From positions 18,050 through 82,049 of the forward strand of contig JAJEEE010000025.1 in assembly GCA_022821145.1 (NCBI GenBank): a stretch of DNA of 64,000 bases, read 5' to 3'. Each line of letters starts with the position of its first letter. Position 1 is the first letter of the stretch. The translations under genes and the position numbers were made by a program. The notes under the pieces were generated by a model that was not told the DNA's origin, did no database searches, and worked only from the letters and a program-made list of their open reading frames with translations. Below, piece after piece: positions 35,953 to 44,579 of this stretch. This DNA is from Acidobacteriota bacterium. GTDB taxonomy: Bacteria > Acidobacteriota > Terriglobia > 20CM-2-55-15.

Positions 35953-37162
35953 TGACGAATTCCTTCAACCGCGAAAGCGCCATTGTATCCCGAAAACCGG
36001 CGATCCGTTCGATCGCTTCGCCGATCTGGCTGTTCGGCGTCGAAGCGCCGGCCGTCAGACCGATCTTCCGGGGGCCGTCGGGGAGCCACTGGTGTGTCTG
36101 CGTTTCGCCCGCCCGTCCGGGAGGCTTGTGCCGGATCTCGTCGGCGCTCACGATGGCCGTCGCATCCTCGATGTGGAACGAGCGCGTGAACGTGGCCGCG
36201 ATGCGGGCCAGGTTGTTCGTGTTGGAACTGTTGTACCCGCCGATGACGATCATCGCGTCCAGTGCCTCGTGCCGCAGCGCCAACAACGCCTGCTGGCGGT
36301 CCTCGGTCGCGCTGCAGATCGTGTCGAAAGCGATGTAGCGGTGCGTCAGGTCGTCCTCTCCGTAGCGCCGCGCGAGTGCCTGGCGGAACATTTCGGCCAC
36401 CTGTAGGGACTCCGAGCTGAGCATGGTTGTCTGGTTCGCCAGCCCAACGCGCTCCAGGTGCCGGTCCGGATCGAACCCGGGAGAGACGGCCCGCGAGAAC
36501 TGTTCCAGGAACGCCTGCCCGTCGCCTCCGTCGACGATATAGTCGCAGGCCGCCGCCGCTTCTTCGGTGTTCCGGACGACCAGGTAGTGGGCCCCGGGCG
36601 ACAGGGTCGTTCGGGAAAACGTCGCCCGCGTCTCCTCGTGCTCGAACTTGCCGTGAATGATCGAGGTCACCCCGAGCGAGGCATACCGTTCGACGTTCTT
36701 CCAGACGTTCAGCACGGACCCGCACGTGGTGTCGACCACCGTGCAGCCGATGTCGTTCAGGGTCTCCATGTCCACGTTGGGAACGCCGAACGCGGGCAGG
36801 ACAACCACGTCGGGGGACCGGACGTCACCGTACTTGACGGCCGGATCGCGCTCCTCCGGGAGAAACCGAATGCCGCGCTGCTGCAGCTCGCGGTTGACCT
36901 GCGGGTTGTGGATGATCTCGCCGGTCAGGAAGATGCGGCGGTCCGGGAACTTCCGGACGGTCTCGTAGGCGTATTCCAGCGCGCGATCGACGCCGTAGCA
37001 GAACCCGAACTCCCGAGCCAGCACGAAAGTGAGATCCCCGACGACCAACCTGGAACCGGCTTCGCGCATCTTGTCGACGATGCGGCTCCGGTAGCGATCC
37101 TGGAGTTCGGGGCGCACTTCCAGGCGCATCCCGAACCCTTTCTGGAAGTAGGTTTGGGCCAT
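35939..37162 (-). CDS. ispH: 4-hydroxy-3-methylbut-2-enyl diphosphate reductase
   Basis: Start MAQTYFQKGFG. LytB motifs (GFCYGVDRA, NSSNTNNL). Confidence 0.85.
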   Translation of the reverse strand: MAQTYFQKGFGMRLEVRPELQDRYRSRIVDKMREAGSRLVVGDLTFVLAREFGFCYGVDRALEYAYETVRKFPDRRIFLTGEIIHNPQVNRELQQRGIRFLPEERDPAVKYGDVRSPDVVVLPAFGVPNVDMETLNDIGCTVVDTTCGSVLNVWKNVERYASLGVTSIIHGKFEHEETRATFSRTTLSPGAHYLVVRNTEEAAAACDYIVDGGDGQAFLEQFSRAVSPGFDPDRHLERVGLANQTTMLSSESLQVAEMFRQALARRYGEDDLTHRYIAFDTICSATEDRQQALLALRHEALDAMIVIGGYNSSNTNNLARIAATFTRSFHIEDATAIVSADEIRHKPPGRAGETQTHQWLPDGPRKIGLTAGASTPNSQIGEAIERIAGFRDTMALSRLKEFVNAGS

Positions 37163-37241
37163 CAACGTGCGATTGTAACACGTCGGCAACTATGCTAATT
37201 TCTCTGATTCCTTCCAGTTACCGTCCAGAGGGATTCGAAGA

Positions 37242-38234
37242 TTGCCCGAACAGTCAGCCACGATCACCGCCGTCTCGCACTATGTTCCCGAAGGCCGCCT
37301 CACCAACGGCGATCTCGAAAAAATGGTCGACACCGACGACCAGTGGATCATGGACCGCACCGGCATCCGCGAGCGCCGGATCGTCGAGAAGGGCACGCCG
37401 ACAAGTTCTCTCGCGGCCGAAGCCGCGCGCAGGGTGTTGGCCGCACGCGGCGTCGGGGCCGATGAAATCGACCTGATCATCGTGGCGACGGTCACGCCGG
37501 ACATGATGTTCCCGTCCACGGCCTGCGTTCTGCAGGAGAAGATCGGCGCGTCGAACGCCTGGGGATTCGATCTCTCCGGAGCTTGCTCGGGATTCCTGTA
37601 CGCGTTGGCTACCGGGGCCCAGTTCATCCACTCCGGACGGCATTCCAAGGTGCTCGTCGTCGGCGCCGACGTGATGAGCTCCATCATTGACTTCGAGGAC
37701 CGGGCCACGTGCGTCCTTTTCGGTGACGGCGCCGGCGCCGTCCTGATGGAGGCGTCGCGGAACGGCAACGGGGTCATGGACTGGATCCTCGGCAGCGACG
37801 GAAGCGGCGGGCCCTACCTCTACATGCCCGGGGGCGGAAGCCTGAATCCACCTTCGGCGGACACCGTTGCGCAGAAGATGCACTATGTGCACCAGAACGG
37901 CCGAAGCGTCTTCAAGTTCGCCGTCAAGGGCATGATCGACGTCTCGGAATCCATCCTGGAACGGAACGGTCTGACCCCGGCGGACCTCAAGCTGTTCGTG
38001 CCGCATCAGGCGAACATGAGGATCATCAAGGCCACGGCCGACAGGCTCCGCCTGGATCCTGCGCGCGTGGCCGTCAACATCGACCGCTTCGCCAACACCA
38101 CCGCGGCCACGATACCGATCTGCCTCTCGGAAGCCTCCACGGACGGAACGATCGAGGAAGGCGACCTCCTCCTATTGGTCAGCTTCGGCGCCGGGTTCAC
38201 ATGGGGCGGAATACTGCTCCGGTGGGGGTGCTGA
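37242..38234 (+). CDS. fabH: 3-oxoacyl-ACP synthase III
   Basis: TTG start with a [22 protein letters not shown] and GAGFTWG motifs. Confidence 0.85.
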   Translation: MPEQSATITAVSHYVPEGRLTNGDLEKMVDTDDQWIMDRTGIRERRIVEKGTPTSSLAAEAARRVLAARGVGADEIDLIIVATVTPDMMFPSTACVLQEKIGASNAWGFDLSGACSGFLYALATGAQFIHSGRHSKVLVVGADVMSSIIDFEDRATCVLFGDGAGAVLMEASRNGNGVMDWILGSDGSGGPYLYMPGGGSLNPPSADTVAQKMHYVHQNGRSVFKFAVKGMIDVSESILERNGLTPADLKLFVPHQANMRIIKATADRLRLDPARVAVNIDRFANTTAATIPICLSEASTDGTIEEGDLLLLVSFGAGFTWGGILLRWGC

Positions 38235-38342
38235 TCCGTCGGATGATCCTGTTCGTTGGCGACCGCAAGAAGAGGCGTTCGCCGAACGCGAGGGGAAGCG
38301 AGACACTGGATCGCGGGCGGATAAGGCCATACCATCCCTCTT

Positions 38343-38627
38343 ATGCCCACCACCATAAAGTCGACGTATTCGCTGGACGTGGAATCCGTGAGGGCCCTCG
38401 AGGATCTGGCTCGTCGCTGGCGCGTGTCCAAGTCGGAAGCGCTGCGCCGGGCCATAAGGCACGAAGCCAGCCGGCAACCTGCCGGGGGCGAGAACGCCTT
38501 GGCCGCGCTTGACCGGCTTCAGGCCTCGTTACGCGGGCGCAACGTCGACATCCAACAGTGGGCGCGGGACGTTGAGCGCGAGCGTCGGGCCCGGGGACGG
38601 CGGCGCGGACGCTCATCGACTGCATGA
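38343..38627 (+). CDS. ribbon-helix-helix (CopG/VapB-like) antitoxin. The 3' end runs into a toxin remnant
   Basis: N-terminus MPTTIKSTYSLDVESVRALEDLARRWRVSKSEALRRAI is an RHH fold. Confidence 0.5.
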   Translation: MPTTIKSTYSLDVESVRALEDLARRWRVSKSEALRRAIRHEASRQPAGGENALAALDRLQASLRGRNVDIQQWARDVERERRARGRRRGRSSTA

Positions 38628-38872
38628 TCGGGGCGGCCGCCTTGACGGAGGGCGCGGCGATTGCGACATCGAACGCGGCCGACTTCGACCGATTCGGCGC
38701 TGCCGGCCTGCAGACGGTTCAGGAGCCTGTGATGAAATCCAGCGCCAGCCGGCAGCAGAGGGAACCGCGATCCCGCCCCGGCTCGAGGATTCCTTCGGGC
38801 GCCCACTGCCAGTCGCCCAGCTTCGGATCCCCTTCGAGGCGCGCTTCGACCAGCTCCATGTCCAGGGTATAG
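38624..38872 (+). pseudogene. VapC (PIN-domain) toxin fragment, C-terminal only
   Basis: The frame contains ...LIDCMIGAAALTEGAAIATSNAADFDRFGAAGL, the last about 40 aa of a PIN domain. The N-terminal catalytic Asp region is absent. Confidence 0.4.
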
Positions 38873-39120
38873 GCCGGACGTTGCTGACGGCCCGTGGCCA
38901 GGACGCCGCCCGGCTCCAGGCGCGCCCCCAACTTGTCGTGGCCGATGCGCCGGACCAGCGCCGCCCGGTCTTCCGCTCCCCGGTACGTCCCGGCGGGAAG
39001 TCCCCAGACGCCGGGGAGCTCGTCATCGTCGTCCGCTCGCCGCAGCGCGAGCAGCGTGCCGTGCCTGCGGACGAGCACCGCCGCGGAGCGTTTGACGCGC
39101 TTCGAGGGCGAAGTCATCCC
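38719..39120 (-). CDS. NUDIX hydrolase
   Basis: 133 aa from MTSPSKRVKRSAAVLV. Degenerate Nudix box ...LPAGTYRGAEDRAALVRRIGHDKLG. Confidence 0.6.
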   Translation of the reverse strand, partial: GMTSPSKRVKRSAAVLVRRHGTLLALRRADDDDELPGVWGLPAGTYRGAEDRAALVRRIGHDKLGARLEPGGVLATGRQQRPAYTLDMELVEARLEGDPKLGDWQWAPEGILEPGRDRGSLCCRLALDFITGS

Positions 39121-39350
39121 TCGGGCGGGCGTTCCGAGTCCCGGAGCCAGCCGCCAAAACGCCAGACATCGGCCAGCACGACGCCGAGACCGGGCCGCTG
39201 CCGGCCGTAGGCGGTCTGGAGCCGCCATGCGACGTACTTGCGCGGGGGGACGGGAACGAACGGGAAGCGCCGGTACCAACCGGCGGGAACGATGCGGAAA
39301 TAGAAGCGGACGAGCGCCGCCGCGGTCGCCAGTTGCCTCACTTTCCGCAT
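39114..39350 (-). CDS. hypothetical small protein
   Basis: 78 aa, Trp/Arg-rich, ending 7 nt inside the NUDIX start. No recognisable motif. Confidence 0.25.
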   Translation of the reverse strand: MRKVRQLATAAALVRFYFRIVPAGWYRRFPFVPVPPRKYVAWRLQTAYGRQRPGLGVVLADVWRFGGWLRDSERPPEG

Positions 39351-39364
39351 GCTACCATGAACGC

Positions 39365-39760
39365 ATGCGGGTCTTCGTCGTGCTGCTCTCCCTGTTCGTC
39401 GTCGTTCCGGTCGTGGAGTTCACGCTTCTCATCGAGATCGGCCGCCGATTGGGGACGGTGGACACGCTGATCCTGGTCTTCGGGACCGGAATCCTCGGCG
39501 CCTACCTGGCGCGCCTGGAAGGCTTCCGGCTTCTTCGCCGGATCCAGGGCGAGATGGAGTCCGGCGTCATGCCGGCCGAACCGTTGTTGGACGGGCTGCT
39601 GGTGCTGGCCGCCGGCATCGTGTTGATCACGCCGGGTCTGCTGACCGACATCGTGGGGTTGCTGCTCCTGATTCCCTGGACACGCTATCCGGTCAAGGCG
39701 TTCGTCCGAAGCCGCGTTCGAAATCGATTCCACGTTCGGCACATGCGGATTTCGACCTAG
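39365..39760 (+). CDS. fxsA: FxsA family membrane protein
   Basis: MRVFVVLLSLFVVVPVVEFTLLIEIG...LTDIVGLLLLIP is a typical FxsA/UPF0716. Confidence 0.75.
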   Translation: MRVFVVLLSLFVVVPVVEFTLLIEIGRRLGTVDTLILVFGTGILGAYLARLEGFRLLRRIQGEMESGVMPAEPLLDGLLVLAAGIVLITPGLLTDIVGLLLLIPWTRYPVKAFVRSRVRNRFHVRHMRIST

Positions 39761-39822
39761 CGGTCGATAATCGGTCCGCGTTGATGTGCACGTCGGACGA
39801 AGCTTTGCTATCCTAACGCCCC

Positions 39823-40926
39823 ATGATGCGCCTCAATCGTCGACCACACTCTTCGGCTGGTCACGGGATGTCGTGGCCACGCCTGATTTCGATCGTTTTC
39901 CTGGCCGCGGTTCTTGCGGGATGCGCCGCTCCGGACACGGCCGACGACGCCGCTCCGGACGCGGAGCCGGCCGCCGCTTCGTTCCTGCCGGAAATGATCG
40001 TCCCCGAGGACAATCCGATCACGGACGAGAAGATCGAGTTGGGAAAGCAGCTCTTCTTCGACACCCGCATTTCCGACTCCGGGACGTTCTCCTGCGAGAC
40101 GTGTCACCTTCCCGAAATGGGATGGGGCGACGGTCTGGCGCTGTCCACGAACGCCGCCGGCAACGTCAACACGCGGCACTCGCCGACGTTGTACAACGTC
40201 GGCTACTACAACGAGTTCTACTGGGACGGCCGGATGCCGACGCTCGAGGACCAGGTCCTGGCGGCGTGGCGGGGTCAGGTCGGCGCCACGCCGGACGCCG
40301 TCGCGGAGGCCATCGGCGCCATTCCCGGATACGCTGAGCAGTTCGAGAGCGCGATGGGGACCGAGGTCACGGCCGACGCCATCGTCGACGCGCTTTCGAC
40401 GTTCGTACGGTCGCTCGAGGCCGATAATTCGCCTTGGGACCAGTACGAGCTGGGCGACCCGAACGCGGTATCCGCGGACGCCATCGCGGGGTTCGACGTG
40501 TTCAGCCTGGAGGACAAGGCCAACTGCACGCTGTGTCACCTGCCGCCACTCTATACCGATACGCTCTACCACAACATCGGCGTGGGGTTCGACAACGACG
40601 ACCCGGACATGGGACGCGGCGCGTTCCTGGCCAACCAGGATCCGCCGCCGGACGACGCCGCCACGTTCAACGGAGCGTTCAAGACGCCCACGATGCGGAA
40701 CGTGACGCTGCATCCGCCGTATTTTCACGACGGCGGCGCCGCCACGCTCGACGAAGCGGTGGACTACGTCCTCAGCGGCGGGCACTTCAACCCGTGGCTG
40801 GACGAACGGCTCATGCCCAGGGAAATCACCGACGAGGAACGGGCGCAGCTCATGGCGTTTCTGGAAGCGCTGACGTCCGACACGGGAGACTTCGTCCGGC
40901 CGACGTTGCCACCGGACGCGGAATAG
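39823..40926 (+). CDS. di-heme cytochrome c peroxidase (CCP/MauG family)
   Basis: Two CXXCH sites (CETCH, CTLCH). Conserved WDGR and PTLYN. Probable lipoprotein start at MSWPRLISIVFLAAVLAGC (39868). Confidence 0.85.
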   Translation: MMRLNRRPHSSAGHGMSWPRLISIVFLAAVLAGCAAPDTADDAAPDAEPAAASFLPEMIVPEDNPITDEKIELGKQLFFDTRISDSGTFSCETCHLPEMGWGDGLALSTNAAGNVNTRHSPTLYNVGYYNEFYWDGRMPTLEDQVLAAWRGQVGATPDAVAEAIGAIPGYAEQFESAMGTEVTADAIVDALSTFVRSLEADNSPWDQYELGDPNAVSADAIAGFDVFSLEDKANCTLCHLPPLYTDTLYHNIGVGFDNDDPDMGRGAFLANQDPPPDDAATFNGAFKTPTMRNVTLHPPYFHDGGAATLDEAVDYVLSGGHFNPWLDERLMPREITDEERAQLMAFLEALTSDTGDFVRPTLPPDAE

Positions 40927-40968
40927 CCCCCGGGTGAGCGCCGCGGCGTCGACGCACGAATCGATGCG

Positions 40969-41226
40969 TCAATAGGTGGTCGTTGTCCGCCGCCGGACAT
41001 CGGTGACGTCGACGCGGCGTTCCTCCGAATCCACGTCGAACAGGATCCGGTAACTCCCGACGCGTCGCCGCCAAGCGCCTGAGGCATTCTTGAGCCGCAC
41101 GACATCGCCCCCATACGGACTTGTGCGCATCTCGGCGATGGCCTCGACGATCCGTTGCCGATCCCTACTCGGAATCCTTTCGAGCCTTCTTGCGGCTTGT
41201 CTTGCGATTCGCAGCTGCCACGCCAT
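40969..41226 (-). CDS. type II toxin, RelE/ParE family
   Basis: 85 aa. MAWQLRIARQAARRLERIP...GSYRILFDVDSEERRVDVTDVRRR. Confidence 0.7.
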   Translation of the reverse strand: MAWQLRIARQAARRLERIPSRDRQRIVEAIAEMRTSPYGGDVVRLKNASGAWRRRVGSYRILFDVDSEERRVDVTDVRRRTTTTY

Positions 41227-41461
41227 GCAGGAGTTCGTCCAGCGTCACGTAGTCCCCTTTTTCGATCTCGGTTCGCCCGCGGCGGATCGCGGCAAGCTCC
41301 GTCCTGGAAGCCGCCACGACGGGTATGGGCTTGTTCAGGTACTCGCGGAGCGCCTCCCTCACGAGTTCCGAGCGAGTCCGCTGTTCCACCCTCATCGCGT
41401 TCTCGACCTGCTCGGCCATGGCGTCGGGGAGTGATACGGTGATGGTTTTTCGTGTGCTCAT
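41165..41461 (-). CDS. type II antitoxin, ribbon-helix-helix (CopG/ParD-like)
   Basis: 98 aa. MSTRKTITVSLPDAMAEQVENAMRVEQRTRSELVREALREYL. It overlaps the toxin ORF by 62 nt. Confidence 0.6.
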   Translation of the reverse strand: MSTRKTITVSLPDAMAEQVENAMRVEQRTRSELVREALREYLNKPIPVVAASRTELAAIRRGRTEIEKGDYVTLDELLHGVAAANRKTSRKKARKDSE

Positions 41462-41555
41462 GGGGACCGCTGTATTTTAGCGCAGCTTTTTCCCTGTCTT
41501 GGCCGTTCTCCCGACTGTACACTGGGGTGGCCCGTTCCCTGTCCCCCGACAATTC

Positions 41556-43073
41556 ATGCTTTCACGCACCCGGAGCGCCGCCGTCTTCGGCATCGACGCG
41601 GCGCTGATCGACGTCGAGGTCCACGTGGCGTCCGGAGGCAACGGCGATATCCGCATCGTCGGCCTCCCGGACACCGCGATTCGCGAATCCCGCGCGCGCG
41701 TCGAGGCCGCGATCCGCAATTCCGGATTCGAGGTGCCCTACCGGCGGATCACGATCAGCCTGGCGCCGGCGAACGTACGCAAGGAGGGATCGTCGTTCGA
41801 CCTGCCCATCGCCGTCGGCATCCTGGCCAGCACGGGCGTCATTCGGTCGCCGGACACCGAGACGCTCCTGATCGGCGAGCTGGCCCTGGACGGCGGGCTC
41901 CGCCCGGTGCGCGGCGCCCTTTCGGTGGCCATGCTCGCCCGTGACGCCGGGGTGGGCCGTCTGGTCGTACCGGCGGACAACGGGACCGAGGCGGCGCTGG
42001 CCGACGCCGTCGACGTGTACGCGTTGAAGAGCCTCGGCGAGGTCGTGGAGCACCTGAACGGCACGCGCCGGGCCGAAGCCTGTCGCGGAGACCGCGGGCT
42101 GCCCGAAGCCCCGCCCGGCAGTGACGACTTCGCGGAGATCCGCGGCCAGACGCACGCGAAGCGCGCCGTCGAGGTCGCCGTCGCCGGCGGCCACAACATC
42201 CTGCTCGTCGGCAGCCCGGGGAGCGGGAAGACCATGCTGGCGCGGCGCATACCGACGATCATCCCGCCCATGACGCTACAGGAGCGGCTAGAAACAACGC
42301 GCGTCCATTCCGTCGCCGGAATGCTCGCGCCGGGCGAGGGGCTCATCGGCCGGCGGCCGTTCCGCGCCCCGCACCACACGGTCTCGGAGGCCGGGCTGGT
42401 CGGAGGCGGGGCGTTTCCGCGGCCGGGCGAGGCCAGCCTGGCTCACAACGGGGTCCTGTTCCTGGACGAACTGCCCGAGTTCCGCCGACACGTTCTCGAG
42501 GTCTTGCGACAGCCGATCGAGGAACGCCGGGTGACGATCGCGCGTGCGCAGATGAGCCTGTCCTTTCCGGCTGCGTTCGTGCTGGTCGCGGCGATGAACC
42601 CGTGCCCCTGCGCGTACCGCGGAGACGAACGGCGGGAGTGCACGTGCACGCCGGGACAGGTTCAACGGTACATGTCGCGGATTTCGGGGCCGCTGCTCGA
42701 CCGGATCGACATCCAGGTGACCGTCCCGGCGCCGAGCTATTCGGACATGGCCGGGTCCGGGCCTTCCGAACGCTCCGGCGCGATCCGGGACCGCGTGATC
42801 CGAGCCCGGACGCTGCAATCGGAACGGTTCGGGGCGAACGGCGCCCGGACCAACGCCGGGATGTCCACTCGCGAGTTGCGGGAACACTGCGCGTTGAACG
42901 CGGCGTCCGGGCGCATCATGGAGCACGCCGTGCGGCGGCTGTGCCTGTCGGCGCGGGGATACACCCGCGTTCTCAAGGTGGCGCGCACGATCGCGGACCT
43001 GGCGGATTCCAAAGTCATCGAACCCGCGCATCTGTCCGAAGCGGTCCGGTTCCGGGCCGTGGAAACGGAGTAA
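41556..43073 (+). CDS. YifB/ComM family Mg-chelatase-like AAA ATPase
   Basis: Start MLSRTRSAAVFGIDA. Lon-like N-domain. Walker A GSPGSGKTMLA. ChlI C-terminus. Confidence 0.85.
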   Translation: MLSRTRSAAVFGIDAALIDVEVHVASGGNGDIRIVGLPDTAIRESRARVEAAIRNSGFEVPYRRITISLAPANVRKEGSSFDLPIAVGILASTGVIRSPDTETLLIGELALDGGLRPVRGALSVAMLARDAGVGRLVVPADNGTEAALADAVDVYALKSLGEVVEHLNGTRRAEACRGDRGLPEAPPGSDDFAEIRGQTHAKRAVEVAVAGGHNILLVGSPGSGKTMLARRIPTIIPPMTLQERLETTRVHSVAGMLAPGEGLIGRRPFRAPHHTVSEAGLVGGGAFPRPGEASLAHNGVLFLDELPEFRRHVLEVLRQPIEERRVTIARAQMSLSFPAAFVLVAAMNPCPCAYRGDERRECTCTPGQVQRYMSRISGPLLDRIDIQVTVPAPSYSDMAGSGPSERSGAIRDRVIRARTLQSERFGANGARTNAGMSTRELREHCALNAASGRIMEHAVRRLCLSARGYTRVLKVARTIADLADSKVIEPAHLSEAVRFRAVETE

Positions 43074-43283
43074 GATACGCCGATGCGACGGATACGCCGA
43101 CTGCTCCTGGCGGCCGTGTGCGGCGGCATGGTCTGGATCGCCATCGCCGGGCTCGATCGGCTCGGGCGTTCGGGCATGGCCGGGCCTGTCGTTCGGGCCA
43201 ACCTCCACGGGGGGATCGACGCCACCGGTCTCTTCTACACGGAAATCAACGGCGAGGTTCTGCGGCCCGCCGGTGAATAGACG

Positions 43284-44579
43284 ATGTCCCGGATCAAGCC
43301 GCTCGTGACCTCCGAGGACTGGTGGACGGTCTGGATCGGCGCCGCGTTGCTCGCGGCGGTGTTCTCCGGTCTCGTCGACTCGGTGCCGACCGTGCCCCGC
43401 TGGTCGTCTCTCCTGTCCGGAATGCCTCCGGACCGGATCGCGCCCCTCCTGGTGCTGCTGGTTTCGATCGCCATCCTGACGGGCGTGGCGACCCGTGCTC
43501 TCGGCCGTGACGCCTGGGCGTATCTGAAGGCGTTCCCGGTTGTTTTCGTTCTCGCCACGGCCGCGTTCGTGGCCGGCGCCAACGCGGTCTTTGCCGCCTA
43601 CGGCCTCGGTTACGCGTTGTGGGCCCTGGTGGCGGGCCTCGTCGTCAGCAACCTGTTCGGGACGCCGGACTGGCTGAAACCGGGGGTCCGGACCGAGCTG
43701 TTCATCAAGATCGGCCTGGTGGTTCTGGGCGCGGAGGTCGTGTTCGGCCGGATGCTCACGCTCGGCCGGTACGGGATCATCGTGGCCTGGGGCGTGACGC
43801 CCGTCGTGCTGCTGGTGATGTTCTGGTTCGGCCGCCGAGTGCTCGCGATGAAACCGTCGTTCGCCATGATCGTGGCCGCCGCGACCTCGGTGTGCGGCGT
43901 GTCGGCGGCGATCGCGACGGCCGGCGCCACTCGCGCCCGGAAGGACGAACTGACCTTGGCCGTCGGGATGACGCTCATCTTCACGGTCCTGATGATGGTC
44001 GGCATGCCGTTGCTGAGCCAGGCGCTGGGCCTGGATCCCGTGATGGCGGGCGCGTGGATCGGCGGGACCGTCGATTCGACGGGCGCCGTGGCCGCGGCCG
44101 GCGAGTTTCTCGGCCCGGACGCGTTGCAGACGGCGGCCGTCATCAAGATGATCCAGAACCTTCTGATCGGTGTGGTCGCGTTCGCCGTCGCGTTGTACTG
44201 GGTGATGCGCGTCGAGCCGTCGTCGAGCGGACGGCCGCGGATGGGAGATCTGTGGACGCGGTTTCCAAAGTTCGTGCTGGGTTTCATCGGCGCTTCGTTC
44301 ATCGTGTCCGTCGTTCTGGCGCCGGCCCTGGGTTCGGAACGTATCGACGAAGCGCTCGACGTGACCAGCAACCTGCGAAGCTGGTTCTTCTGTCTCGCGT
44401 TCCTGTCGATCGGCCTGGAGTCGAACTTCAGGGAGCTCGGCCGGCACATGGCCCGCGGCCGGCCACTCCTGCTGTACGTGTCCGGGCAAGCCTTCAACGT
44501 CGTGTTGACGCTGCTGATCGTCTGGCTGGTGTTCTCGGGCGCGGTGTTCGAGGTCCCCGACCTCCAGGTCAGAAATTGA
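43284..44579 (+). CDS. YeiH/UPF0324 family inner-membrane protein (putative sulfate exporter)
   Basis: 431 aa, about 10-11 TM helices, conserved AAATSVCGVSAAIA. Confidence 0.75.
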   Translation: MSRIKPLVTSEDWWTVWIGAALLAAVFSGLVDSVPTVPRWSSLLSGMPPDRIAPLLVLLVSIAILTGVATRALGRDAWAYLKAFPVVFVLATAAFVAGANAVFAAYGLGYALWALVAGLVVSNLFGTPDWLKPGVRTELFIKIGLVVLGAEVVFGRMLTLGRYGIIVAWGVTPVVLLVMFWFGRRVLAMKPSFAMIVAAATSVCGVSAAIATAGATRARKDELTLAVGMTLIFTVLMMVGMPLLSQALGLDPVMAGAWIGGTVDSTGAVAAAGEFLGPDALQTAAVIKMIQNLLIGVVAFAVALYWVMRVEPSSSGRPRMGDLWTRFPKFVLGFIGASFIVSVVLAPALGSERIDEALDVTSNLRSWFFCLAFLSIGLESNFRELGRHMARGRPLLLYVSGQAFNVVLTLLIVWLVFSGAVFEVPDLQVRN

